Assembly: GCA_024278215.1 (NCBI GenBank)
Contig: JAJRTR010000174.1
Coordinates: 23,489 to 87,488 of the forward strand
Length of the DNA stretch: 64,000 bases
Source: a bacterium
GTDB taxonomy: Bacteria; UBP15; UBA6099; JAJRTR01
Direction of reading: 5' to 3'
Shown: one piece after another, positions 1 to 10,212 of the stretch
Layout of the letters: each line of letters starts with the position of its first letter
Numbering within the stretch: position 1 is the stretch's first letter
The notes under the pieces: model-generated
What the model saw: the letters and a program-made list of their open reading frames with translations, nothing else
Database searches by the model: none
Told to the model about the DNA's origin: nothing
Translations under genes and position numbers: made by a program

Positions 1-37
1 ATATATTGAGATTTCACTTTTACTTGGAGTATATGCC

Positions 38-3000
38 ATGGTAGCGATAGATTTTTTTCTGCGCAAACGCATTTTCAGTTTCATACTCATGGGACTTGTA
101 ATAGTAATCGGCTATACATCCGTTACCAGACTACATGTCGAAACCCTGCCGGAAGTCAACGCGCCTGTGATCTTTGCCGCCCTGCCGCTGCCCGGCGGCG
201 CGCCCGAGGAGGTCGAGATGCTGGTGACGAACCCGGTCGAGGAAAGACTCGCCGAGATCGAGGGCATCTCAAAGATAACATCTTCATCCTGGCAGAATGT
301 TTCCATTATTATCTGTTTCTTCGACCGTTCGGTGGACCCCGGGGAGAAATATAAAGAATTCCGCAGTGCTATCCAGCAGGTGAAATCGAAATTGCCGTCG
401 GAAGTCCTGGACCCGATTATCGAAGAGATAAGTTTCGAGAATCTCCCGATGATGTTCGTGGGTTTTGCGGACGAAGAGAAAACGCAATACGAGCTGAGCC
501 GCGACGCGGTGAAGCTGAAAAAAGAACTATCTGCCCTGTCGGGCGTAAAAAAAGTGGTAATGAAAGGCGCGACGGATAAGCGCATCGAAGTGCTCGTGCG
601 ACCCGAAAGCCTCAAGAAGTTCGGCGCGGCCCCGATGGCGGATGTTATAGATAAATTCAACGAGATCAACACCAATATGCCCGGCGGCAAACTCAATCTG
701 ATGGGTACGGAATATGTCGTCAGGACAATAGGCAAATTCAGCGGAGTAAATGACCTGAAGAAGATGGTGCTCGGTGTGCATGATGGCGAATCCGTCACGC
801 TGGGAAAGCTCGCGGACGTACATGAGAATTACCCCGAACCGGAAACGATCGTGCATCTGGACGGTAAGCGCGGCGTGGCGCTCGGAATCATGAAGAAACG
901 CGGTTTCGGGACTATAGACGTTGCCGAAAGAGTAAAGGAAGTCCTGAAGAACTATCCTGATGTGGTGATTATGTCCGACTCCTCTGAGTTCATCGAGCAC
1001 CAGATGGGCGACCTGCGGACACACGCGCTCTGGGGCGCATGTCTCGTCATGCTGATTCTTTTTCTGTCGCTCGGGTTCAAAGTTGCCTCTATAGTAACTT
1101 TCGCGCTGCCCATGTCGTTTTTTATGACATTCATGGCAATGAATTTCAAGGGAATGACAATAAATATGGTCACGCTTTTCTCGCTGCTGCTTGCACTGGG
1201 AATGATGGTAGACAACTCGATAGTGGTGTGCGAAAACATAGTGCGGCACCGCTCGCTGGGCGCGAGTCCGCGAACGGCGGCGCTCGAGGGCGCGGGCGAA
1301 GTAAGCTGGCCGATATTTTCATCTACAGCAGCTATCGTTTCGGCTTTTCTGCCTATGGCGTTCTTTCTCGGCGGCCCCATCGGTGAATTCACAAGGCCGA
1401 TCCCCATCGTAGTCACCTTCGCGCTCGTGTCGTCTCTGTTCGTCGCCAATTTTTTCAACCCGATACTGTGCGAAACATTCCTGAAAAACGTAAAACATAC
1501 GTCCGGTGGCCCCGGCAGCGGCACGATAGCCCAGCGCACATACAGGCGCGTCATGGAATGGAGCATCGATCACGGCGGCATAGTAGTTTCCGCCGCGCTG
1601 CTGCTTCTTGTCGGCGCTGTTTTGATAATGGCGCTGAAAATCGTAGGGCTACAGCTTTTCCCGCAGCTCGACACCGCAAAGTTTTATATCGACCTGCGAA
1701 CACCGGCCGGCACAAAGCTTGAAGATACACAAAGGGAAGTTCGAAAGATCGAAAAACTGTTCGACAATTCCAAATATGTCTCCCACTATATCGCCAATAT
1801 CGGCACATCGGGCATGCGCGTCGAGATCGATGACACAGTGGATTTCGGCTCGAATATCGCCCGTTTCATCGTGGACCTCGAGCCCGCGTCAAAAGTCAAC
1901 CGTGGAAACAAGGAAACGATCCATCACTTCAGGGAAGAAATACCGAAGTTGCTGAAAAAGGACACGAAAATCAATTTCATAGAAAAAATGCTCGGACCGC
2001 CCGTTGGCAAGCCGATAAATGTGCAGGTTTCGGGTCCGGAGTTCAAACAGCTCGGAGTTGTCAGGACGGCTATAAACAAGTTTTTGATGAATGAAAAAGG
2101 AGTTATCGACCTCGAGGATGATTTCCCGCAGAAAGTACCGCAGATTGTGCTGGAAGCGAACCAGGCGAATCTGGGCAGGCTCGGTATGACTACCCATGAA
2201 ATAGGCGGTTTCATTTTTCTCGCGCTCACCGGATACAAGATCGGAGACATGGTGATCGACGACGAAAAACATGACGTTTTTCTGAAAATTAAACAGGAAG
2301 GCGGCGGGATGGCCTCGATTCAGAACTCCGATTTTACCATGCCCGACGGCGAAAAAGTCAAGTTCTCCGACCTGCTGTCCTACAAAATAACAAGCGGCCT
2401 GTCGGCAGTCGAACACCACAACGACAAACGCACAGTGAAAATCGAGGCGGGTGTGGCCGCCGGTTATGAAGCTGAACCTGTAATAACAAGGCTCAAGAAG
2501 GCAGTACCTGGAATTCTTGAAAAGTTAAAAAAAGGGGATCCGTCAATAGGGAATGTCGAGGTTTCCTACGAAGGAGAAACGATGCTGCTCGGAGAAGCTT
2601 TCCAGGACCTGCTGACAGCTGTTCTCGTTTCCATCGCGCTCATATACCTGATACTGCTGCTCGAGTTCAGGTCGACTTTTCAGCCGCTGATAATTCTCGT
2701 ATGTATCCCTTATGCGCTGGTGGGCGTAATACTCGGGCTACTGATCATGGGCTACTCTTTCAGCATACTCGCGGGCATCGGACTGCTGTGCCTGATAGGT
2801 ATTGTTGTTAATAATGGGATAATATTTATCGACTACGCGAACCTGCTCCAGGAGCGTGGCAGGAGCCGCAGGGAAGCCTGTCTCGAAGCGTGCGCGACGC
2901 GCCTGCGACCGATCATCCTCACCAAGGCCACCGTCATCCTCGGCATCATGCCGCTGGCGCTGGCCTCGGCTTCGAAAACCCAGTTCTGGAAACCGCTCTG

Positions 3001-3145
3001 CTGGGCGATTATATGGGGACTTCTTATTGCGACGACCCTCACGCTCATTATCATTCCCGTCGTATATTACATCACGGAAGGCTGGCGCAAACATTATTAC
3101 GAAAAAAGGCCCGTCGATGAGCCGGTCATTGAGACTAAGGCATAG
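38..3145 (+). CDS. RND-family efflux transporter permease (AcrB/HAE1-like), 1035 aa
   Basis: 1035-aa ORF with 12-TM RND architecture. Two large periplasmic loops and conserved AcrB-like TM segments (e.g. 'LALGMMVDNSIVVCENI', 'GIVVNNGIIFIDYAN'). TAG stop. Confidence 0.85.
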   Translation: MVAIDFFLRKRIFSFILMGLVIVIGYTSVTRLHVETLPEVNAPVIFAALPLPGGAPEEVEMLVTNPVEERLAEIEGISKITSSSWQNVSIIICFFDRSVDPGEKYKEFRSAIQQVKSKLPSEVLDPIIEEISFENLPMMFVGFADEEKTQYELSRDAVKLKKELSALSGVKKVVMKGATDKRIEVLVRPESLKKFGAAPMADVIDKFNEINTNMPGGKLNLMGTEYVVRTIGKFSGVNDLKKMVLGVHDGESVTLGKLADVHENYPEPETIVHLDGKRGVALGIMKKRGFGTIDVAERVKEVLKNYPDVVIMSDSSEFIEHQMGDLRTHALWGACLVMLILFLSLGFKVASIVTFALPMSFFMTFMAMNFKGMTINMVTLFSLLLALGMMVDNSIVVCENIVRHRSLGASPRTAALEGAGEVSWPIFSSTAAIVSAFLPMAFFLGGPIGEFTRPIPIVVTFALVSSLFVANFFNPILCETFLKNVKHTSGGPGSGTIAQRTYRRVMEWSIDHGGIVVSAALLLLVGAVLIMALKIVGLQLFPQLDTAKFYIDLRTPAGTKLEDTQREVRKIEKLFDNSKYVSHYIANIGTSGMRVEIDDTVDFGSNIARFIVDLEPASKVNRGNKETIHHFREEIPKLLKKDTKINFIEKMLGPPVGKPINVQVSGPEFKQLGVVRTAINKFLMNEKGVIDLEDDFPQKVPQIVLEANQANLGRLGMTTHEIGGFIFLALTGYKIGDMVIDDEKHDVFLKIKQEGGGMASIQNSDFTMPDGEKVKFSDLLSYKITSGLSAVEHHNDKRTVKIEAGVAAGYEAEPVITRLKKAVPGILEKLKKGDPSIGNVEVSYEGETMLLGEAFQDLLTAVLVSIALIYLILLLEFRSTFQPLIILVCIPYALVGVILGLLIMGYSFSILAGIGLLCLIGIVVNNGIIFIDYANLLQERGRSRREACLEACATRLRPIILTKATVILGIMPLALASASKTQFWKPLCWAIIWGLLIATTLTLIIIPVVYYITEGWRKHYYEKRPVDEPVIETKA

Positions 3146-3422
3146 ATATTTAGAAATACTTGTGCGAATTCGTTCATTCCCTGAGGATTTTGTGGACATG
3201 ATCCGAACTTGTCTTTAGCCTGGATTTATAGAAGAAGAAATCCGGAAAATCGTCCCGGACACCTATTCTACGCCCGCTGCGGCGGCGGCTCGGGATCTGT
3301 CGCATACCGGCATTTTGCGAAAGAGTCCGTTGCGGCACCGGCTCCCTCACCTTTCACTTGCCGCACCTTGTATTATAAGTTGTTCTTTGGATATTTGAAC
3401 CCGCGTTTGTGAAATATACGGG

Positions 3423-4751
3423 TTATAATGGCATACCATTGTTACTTGATATGCCTAGTGTTTCGAGGAAAATGTGCTTCTGCGTCTCGATGCTGAATGA
3501 CTCCGGCATCTCACTTTCGATATTGCCGGAAGCACAGGATTCTATGAAAGACGATACCGCCACAGGCCGGTTGCTGTTTGCACTCTCGATATCGACATTG
3601 AAAAACTGCGGTATACCGGATGAAATATTCCAGACTTCGCTTCCCGGCGGCGAGGCTGAAAGTACGGGTTTGCGAGCCCATATATAGTCGAAAAGTTTGC
3701 TTGGTATAGCGGCGTTCGAGACCGACAAAAGAAGCAGTCCGTCGACATCGCTTATGATTTTCAGCATCTCGCTTTTTGCGACCGGTTTCCTTCTGTTGAT
3801 TGACCATCCGCATTTTTTCGCCGATTTTTCGTAATGTCTGATTTCTTTCATATCTGATTCCAGCAGGCCGCCCATGAGTATGATTTTCGCTTTGACTCCT
3901 GCATCTGCGGCACATGCTAAAAGTGGTTCGAGGAGCAGCGACGGCCTGCGCCTGTTGCTCGATCCCATGAATCTGCCTGCGTGCAAAAGAGTTATCGAAT
4001 CCTTTTTCCGGTCTATATTGTCAACTTCTACCGGCGGCGAATCTTCAGGATAACAGTTTGTCAAAACTTCGATCTTTTTTTCCGCCGCAGGGAATCTTTT
4101 CGCGAGCATTTTTTTCCATGTCCCGGAAGTTACGAAAATATGGTGGGCCGATGTCACAATATTCGCTTCGAGCGCGGCTTCGCGCATCCGCTTTTGTCCG
4201 GGTTTCCGGAGTGAAGGTTTCAGTGGTTCGTCGAGCCAGCCGTCGCGCAGGTCGACAACGAGTTTCGCACCTGCGCGGGAGGCGATTGTCCGGGCGGCGA
4301 CATGTGCCGATTCGGGCGGACTCGACGAGATCACCCAGTCTGCTCCGCGCGCATGCTGGATTACATTCTTATCCGCCGCCGCATGCCGCGCCCACACGGC
4401 ACCGGGATCGGGGTTGTATATCTGATACGACGCATTTCTCGCCGCGGCGTATAACATGCTCTTAAGTAAACCGCCGTTCGTGTTGCGCCCCGATGAATCC
4501 GGCGAACTGCTTCCCGCGCCGGACACTGCCACAAACGGGTCTCCGACCGTAATCTCGAATCCCCATTCTGTCTTTGCGACCGAATCATTGCCGCTACCAC
4601 AACTGGCGACGACAACAACTTCGACACCGGCTTCGGAAAGCCAGCGAATGAATCTGCCGCACCTGTAATTGCCGACGTGTCCGTCCCTGTTCATGAACGG
4701 CGCTATCATCACCGCTTTTCCGAATGTGTTCCGGGTTGTATTCGCTGTCAT
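3423..4751 (-). CDS. Glycosyltransferase, GT4 / group-1 family
   Basis: 442 aa with Rossmann GT-B halves. The C-terminal half has a typical GT4 E-x7-E-like region ('GGLLESDMKEIRHYEKSAKK', 'PSKLFDYIWARKPVL'). Confidence 0.65.
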   Translation of the reverse strand: MTANTTRNTFGKAVMIAPFMNRDGHVGNYRCGRFIRWLSEAGVEVVVVASCGSGNDSVAKTEWGFEITVGDPFVAVSGAGSSSPDSSGRNTNGGLLKSMLYAAARNASYQIYNPDPGAVWARHAAADKNVIQHARGADWVISSSPPESAHVAARTIASRAGAKLVVDLRDGWLDEPLKPSLRKPGQKRMREAALEANIVTSAHHIFVTSGTWKKMLAKRFPAAEKKIEVLTNCYPEDSPPVEVDNIDRKKDSITLLHAGRFMGSSNRRRPSLLLEPLLACAADAGVKAKIILMGGLLESDMKEIRHYEKSAKKCGWSINRRKPVAKSEMLKIISDVDGLLLLSVSNAAIPSKLFDYIWARKPVLSASPPGSEVWNISSGIPQFFNVDIESANSNRPVAVSSFIESCASGNIESEMPESFSIETQKHIFLETLGISSNNGMPL

Positions 4752-4847
4752 ATTTCCTTATCCGGTCGAGACCGATTCTTTATTATAGTTTTAATAAGAT
4801 CACGATATCGGGCCTTGTTTTGACGAATCGAAAAACATTACTGTACC

Positions 4848-4918
4848 GAGCCGATTGCAAAATTCTGATTCGGCTGCGGTCGGCTGCTATTGTCCATAGC
4901 TGCGTTGTCGGCACAAAT
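4848..4918 (-). repeat. Truncated copy (~70 bp, one terminal half) of MITE-like repeat family 1
   Basis: 'gagccgattgcaaaattctgattcggctgcggtcggctg...' matches the reverse complement of the right end of the full copies at 14868-15047 and 45760-45940. Confidence 0.6.
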
Positions 4919-5004
4919 TACCATTTAGACTCAACACGGACTTTTTACGCCGGAATCAAATGTACAAGTTCGCAATGAAAGTCAGCACTTAAGTCCGGGG
5001 TATT

Positions 5005-5394
5005 TCATTTCTTCAACACTGCGCTTGATATCGTTTTATACATCATATCTATATTGAGTGGTTTATGAAGGATGTCAAATACGCCCTCTGCTTTTATTTC
5101 CTTGATGATATTTTCTTCTTTGCCCAGGGCCGTCATCAATATTATCGGTGTCTCAAATGTTATCTTCCTCAGTTCTCTTATGGTTTTAATACCACTCATA
5201 GGACGCATAAGATAATCCACAATTATCAGACAGTATCGGTTTCTTTTCACTGCTTCGACAGCTTCATAGCCGCTGTTGACGGTTTGAACATTATAGCCAT
5301 CGAGTTCCAGCATATCTTTCAAAGCCTCGCAAATATCGACATCGTCGTCGACAATCAGAATTGACTCTGCGGATGTCATATCATTCGTCCTCAC
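5005..5394 (-). CDS. Single-domain response regulator (CheY-like receiver)
   Basis: 'ILIVDDD...' acidic pocket, conserved D in 'LIIVDYLMRPMSG' and K in 'ILMTALGK'. TGA stop. Overlaps the upstream kinase by 4 bp (ATGA). Confidence 0.8.
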   Translation of the reverse strand: MRTNDMTSAESILIVDDDVDICEALKDMLELDGYNVQTVNSGYEAVEAVKRNRYCLIIVDYLMRPMSGIKTIRELRKITFETPIILMTALGKEENIIKEIKAEGVFDILHKPLNIDMMYKTISSAVLKK

Positions 5395-7553
5395 TTCTCG
5401 ACGGGCAGTTTTATTGTTATATCAGTGCCTTCTCCCCTGCGAGACACTGCCTTTACAGTTCCTCCGTGCTGTTCGACAATCATGCCGACAATAGTTAATC
5501 CGAATCCTATTCCGTATGTTTTCGTAGTAAACAAAGGCTCAAAGACTTTCTCCTCGGTATTCTCCGGCAGGCCACCGCCCGTATCCGATATTGTAACAAG
5601 TGCGTACTTCGCGCCTCCCGAATCCACAGTCGATACAGTCAACGTCAATTTGCCTGCAACCTCCATCGCCTGCAACGCATTCTTAATAATATTATTTATT
5701 GCAATTTCCATCTGTTTGCGGTCAAGTTCAACGAAAAGGTCATCTTCGGGAAACCGCTTCACGATCTCTATGCTTTCGGGTATCTGCGCGGATTCGATTG
5801 TACTCTCGATAAAGCCGGAAATCTCAATAGATTTGAATACAGGGCTTTCCCTCCTCGTCAGCTTCATAATGCTTTCAATGATGTCAGCCATGCGATCGAC
5901 CTGGAAAACTATCTTATCCAGATGCCTCAGTTGTTTATCTCCAATGTCCTTAACGGTTCGTTTCAGGAAATGCGCGGAAAGGGAGATCACGCCGAGAGGA
6001 TTGCGTATCTCGTGCGCAAGGCTGCCTGAGAACTTGCCGAGGATAGCCAGCCGCTCGGACGCGATAAGTTTTTCCTGGGCTTTCTCGAGTTCTTCGGTTC
6101 TCTTCTCCACGAGTTCCTCGAGTTGATCTCTATACAGGTTAAGCTCTCGCTCAGCTCTTTTCTTCTCTGTTATGTCCCTTATGACAGTGATAATCTGTGT
6201 AATCTTATTATCGTTATATACAGGTATCTTTCTCGTTTCTGTTATTATTTCGTCGTTCCCAACAACATTACATTCCTCGCTTGTCAGCACCTCTCCGGTT
6301 CTAAAAACGCGAAGGTATTCTTCCTTAATGTTCTCCGTCAGAAAAGAATATATTTCGAAAATATTCTTCCCGACAATTTCCGTCTCGAGCCCGAGTTCCA
6401 GATTCCATTGTTTTATCGAGTTGTTGATAATAACAATATTGAAGTTTCTGTCAATTACATGAATAGCATCGCTCATGGAATTGATAGCGCTTCTGTACCT
6501 GGCTTCAGAATCGTTAGCAGCCCGCAGAGCTCTTTTTCGCTCGTTCTGGACAAGGATTTTTGCTACCTGATCCGCGATTTCACCGGCGAAGGAAATCTCG
6601 TCCGATGTCCATTTGCGTCTTTCGCCGACATGCTCGAAACTGACAACACCCATCACCCGGCCACGCAACCTTATTGCCGCATCGAGTACGGACTCTACCC
6701 TGTGGCGCTTGAAATAAGTGTTCTTGAACTCGAATGTGCGCGGGTCGCTGTTTGCGTCTTGTGCGTCGACAGCTCTTTCAAGCATTATCGCTTTGAAGTA
6801 TTCGGGATACTCCTTTGCCATGAATACTTCGCCCTCGGAAAATCTCTTTGTCGAGCAGTCATATATACAAACGCCGGTCAGTCGTTCTTCCTCTTCATCA
6901 AAAAGCCACGCGCCGCTTTTTTGCACGTCGAGCGTCTCGCCCGCTATCTTCGTAATCGTCTCCAGAGCTTTCTTCATGTCGGCTTCAATAACGGATTCGG
7001 CTGAAAGTATATCAATTATCGCAGCGTGGAATTTGCGTATTCGCAAGTCTCTTCTTTCGTTATAATCATCCGTATTCCTTCGCTCCGTGACATCAAGAAA
7101 AAAACCGGTATTGTATTCGATTCCATCAATTATGATATTTCCCATGTCGATATCAGTGAAAAAAACTTCACCATTTTTTCTGATACATGGAACATCGGAC
7201 GCCAATCGCACCTTTCCCTCTGCCTGGTCTTTAAACAGAGACAATACATAGTCGACATCCTTTTCAGGATGAATATCTCTCACATCAAGGCGCAGCAGCT
7301 CTTCCGCCGTGTATCCGAACATTTCGCAAGCGGCTTTGTTGGCATAATAGAACTGCCTGTTCGCGACATCCGCAACGAGAATTGCTTCGACGGCGCTGTC
7401 TAATATCGTCTTGTATCTCTCGGCCTCCACACGCAGAGCCTGATTCTGTATATGTAGTTCATCTGTTGAATCCGAATGATTATCGGATATTTCAGGTTTC
7501 GACAGGAGAACGTTTTGGCTTTCGGTACCGTCGATACTTTTGTGTTCACTCAT
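5391..7553 (-). CDS. Sensor histidine kinase with PAS/GAF input domains
   Basis: HisKA H-box 'LAHEIRNPLGVI'. HATPase_c G-boxes 'ISDTGGGLP' and 'GIGFGLTIV'. N-terminal PAS-like segments. Translationally coupled to the receiver at 5005-5394. Confidence 0.8.
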   Translation of the reverse strand: MSEHKSIDGTESQNVLLSKPEISDNHSDSTDELHIQNQALRVEAERYKTILDSAVEAILVADVANRQFYYANKAACEMFGYTAEELLRLDVRDIHPEKDVDYVLSLFKDQAEGKVRLASDVPCIRKNGEVFFTDIDMGNIIIDGIEYNTGFFLDVTERRNTDDYNERRDLRIRKFHAAIIDILSAESVIEADMKKALETITKIAGETLDVQKSGAWLFDEEEERLTGVCIYDCSTKRFSEGEVFMAKEYPEYFKAIMLERAVDAQDANSDPRTFEFKNTYFKRHRVESVLDAAIRLRGRVMGVVSFEHVGERRKWTSDEISFAGEIADQVAKILVQNERKRALRAANDSEARYRSAINSMSDAIHVIDRNFNIVIINNSIKQWNLELGLETEIVGKNIFEIYSFLTENIKEEYLRVFRTGEVLTSEECNVVGNDEIITETRKIPVYNDNKITQIITVIRDITEKKRAERELNLYRDQLEELVEKRTEELEKAQEKLIASERLAILGKFSGSLAHEIRNPLGVISLSAHFLKRTVKDIGDKQLRHLDKIVFQVDRMADIIESIMKLTRRESPVFKSIEISGFIESTIESAQIPESIEIVKRFPEDDLFVELDRKQMEIAINNIIKNALQAMEVAGKLTLTVSTVDSGGAKYALVTISDTGGGLPENTEEKVFEPLFTTKTYGIGFGLTIVGMIVEQHGGTVKAVSRRGEGTDITIKLPVEK

Positions 7554-7831
7554 ATCAATACCAATCGAATATTATTCAAGCGAAAAAATAAATTATATAG
7601 TATTATCTATCTTCGTATTATACACGTTTTTCAATATCCTACCGGAATATGTGCGCAAATAATTGAAAGCGCCGCAGGATTGGGAGAGTCCAATTCATTC
7701 ACTATGGGCACAACAACAAATATATAGAGTTGCCGAGATACGCAAGAAACATACGATCTGTATTTTGTTAAGGAGGGCTCAACTTCGCTACAAAAATCAT
7801 CACAAAATCACCCTGAAAGGCCTGTTCACTA

Positions 7832-8963
7832 TCATTTAACTACGCTGGCGCCTGTACCTTTTTCGGCGGTCTTGAACTTTAGAAACGACCATATAAAATC
7901 GTCCAGGTCGCCGTCCATCACCGCCTGTGTGTTTCCTGTTTTGTAGTCGGTCCGCAGGTCTTTGACCATGTTGTAAGGATGAAATACGTAGCTGCGGATC
8001 TGACTGCCCCAGGCAATCTCTTTGAGCTCGCCCTGTATTTCGTTGACCTTCTCTTCCTTGAGCTGGCGCATGTGCGCGGCGAGCCTGGCTCTGAGGATAC
8101 GCATGGCGACATCTTTGTTCTTGTGCTGCGAGCGTTCATTCTGGCATTGCACAACAATCCCTGTGGGTATATGTGTGATCCTGACGGCGGAGTCGGTCTT
8201 GTTGACATGCTGACCGCCTGCGCCGCTTGCACGGTATGTGTCTATCTTCAGTTCATCCGCGTTTATTTCCAGGTTGTCATCACCTTCAATCTCCGGGATG
8301 ACATCGACAGCGGCGAAAGACGTGTGTCGTCTTTTGTTCGCGTCGAACGGTGATATTCTCACAAGCCGGTGTATCCCTTTTTCGGCGCTTAGAAAACCGT
8401 AGGCGTTATGTCCGTTCACTTCGACCACTACACTTTTAATACCGGCCTCTTCTCCCGGTGTCGTGTCGATTATCGACGTCTTGAAATTCTTCGATTCCAT
8501 CCAGCGAAGATACATGCGCAGAAGCATTTCCGTCCAGTCCTGCGCCTCTGTGCCGCCCGCGCCGGCATGTATGGAAAAAATCGCGTTGCTGGAGTCGTAC
8601 TCGCCGGAAAGAAGGGTCGAGAGTTCGAAACTCTTGAATTCTTTCATTATAGCCTTGAAATCGTTTTCAATATCCTTAACGGTTTCATCATCATCTTCTT
8701 CGAGCGCCATTTCCAATAATTCACAGGAATCCTTAACTTTTGTGGAAAGCGATTGCCACGAATCGAGTTTTTCTTTAAGCCTGTTTCTCTTTTCGATCAG
8801 TTTCTGGGCGCTTTCGGGGTCGTCCCAGAACCCACTGGCTGACATTTCCGTCTCGTAGGCATCTATTTCCTTGCTCAGTTCATCGACGTTAAAGATACCC
8901 CCTCATGGCGTCGACGCGGGCCTCGAGTTCTTTGAGGTCCTCCACCACTGTTGTTTCAATCAT
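7832..8963 (-). CDS. prfB: Peptide chain release factor 2 with programmed +1 ribosomal frameshift
   Basis: Tracked ORF 7832-8845 has the GGQ motif 'RASGAGGQHVNKTDSAVRITHIPTG' and the SPF-like 'RISPFDANKRRHTSF'. A short upstream frame (ATG at 8961-8963, 'MIETTVVEDLKELEARVDAMRGYL*') ends in the classical shift cassette AGGGGG TAT CTT TAA C (complement of 8888-8903). A +1 shift after CTT restores '...NVDELSKEIDAYETEMSASGFWDDP'. Confidence 0.85.
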
Positions 8964-9517
8964 AGTTCCGCCTCCATTATCTCCATGCGGTTGTGCTGTG
9001 TCTGACAAATTCTATATGTATTTGTTGAACATGTCATCATTTTTGATTATTTTGATTTTAAGTAGCAGAGTCGACAAAAAACACTTATACTGTTGTCAGG
9101 TAGCCTTGTATCGTGCGTATTAAATGGAATATGCCTACCTATACTATATAGTATAATTACCTATCGCAAGGAATATCATTTGCAGGTTTCAGCAATTATG
9201 TCAGGTGATTGATATGTAAAATGTCGTGAAGATGGATGATGATGAGTTCGTTGCTGAAGGCAGACTGTAATATAAAAGATACAGGACAGCAAAGAATAGC
9301 GGTTGAATAATCGCGATATCAAAAAGCATGATTAAAGTTAAAAACCAAGAAAAAGCGGAGATAAACAGCAATATTTTGTAATACATGCAGCCTGAATCAC
9401 AGCACGAGTCAAACAGTATGAAATGAGAATAGCGAAAATGCAAGGCGGACTTGACTTTGAATAAACGATTTGATATAAATTTGTGGGCTGAAAAAATGAA
9501 AATCGGGCTATATTAAG

Positions 9518-9546
9518 TTGACAAAGTATTTGACAAGAGGTATATT
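9518..9546 (+). promoter_or_regulatory. Putative sigma70-type promoter of the dsr operon
   Basis: TTGACA (9518-9523), 17-nt spacer, TATATT (9541-9546). About 200 nt upstream of dsrD in an AT-rich gap. Confidence 0.4.
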
Positions 9547-9750
9547 ACATTAACTAAAAAGCAGTGATGGGTAAGACTGTGGCAGGAATACAGTTGCAGA
9601 AGCATCTTCACGGAAGCAGGCTAAGTCATTCCAACAGCAAGCCGACAGGAGAACGATCGTGTTGAAAGCTGCGCACCGGCATTTTGATGCTCGGTTTTGC
9701 GCATTAATGGCAGATGGCTCGAAAGAAGAACAAATATAAAGTAAAGGGAG

Positions 9751-10011
9751 GTGAATAAAGTGAACGAGGATATTAAGAAGGCAATATTCGGGTTTTATGA
9801 AAAGAAAAGAAAGACGAAGACACGATTTCCGATGAAAGATATTGTGACATACCTGAAGGATTTCAACAGGAGGGAAGTAAAAACAACGTTGATGGAGATG
9901 GCCAACGCTGGAGATCTTAAAGTGTGGTCGAGTGGAAGCAGCTCATATTATATGATGCCTGAGGATTTCGAGAAACTGATTAAAGCCGGCGCCGAGGAAA
10001 TGGAAGAATAG
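9751..10011 (+). CDS. dsrD: DsrD-like small winged-helix protein
   Basis: '...REVKTTLMEMANAGDLKVWSSGSSSYYMM' matches the DsrD signature ('...YWSSGSTTMYGL' in Desulfovibrio). The tracked GTG at 9751 abuts the SD GGGAGG, so the true start is more likely GTG 9760. Confidence 0.7.
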   Translation: MNKVNEDIKKAIFGFYEKKRKTKTRFPMKDIVTYLKDFNRREVKTTLMEMANAGDLKVWSSGSSSYYMMPEDFEKLIKAGAEEMEE

Positions 10012-10212
10012 GTTCCGGGTCAGAATCAAGTGATTTCTCAAGCGGCATGGATGTGGAATAAAGAAGATCAGGAAAATGTAGGTCGCCGAAGTGCGTTCGG
10101 GGCGGGTGAAGCAAGTGGAAAACGATTCCGCAAGCGGTTGAGAGGTACAGGAACGAAAAAGGCGATCTTTAGAAATACAGAATAATTCGGAAAAGATAGA
10201 AAAAAAACGGAG

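Noticed and set aside
112-2419. Several 100-240-aa ORFs on the minus strand and in alternate plus frames inside the RND transporter gene
   Set aside because: They lie fully inside a long, motif-rich gene on the other strand or frame. Their translations are low-complexity with no motifs. Judged antisense or shadow ORFs.
9201-9443. 80-aa hydrophobic ORF in the AT-rich gap between prfB and the dsr promoter
   Set aside because: Composition-driven ORF (F/L/I/Y-rich from AT-rich DNA) with no RBS. The region is more plausibly a divergent promoter/leader zone.
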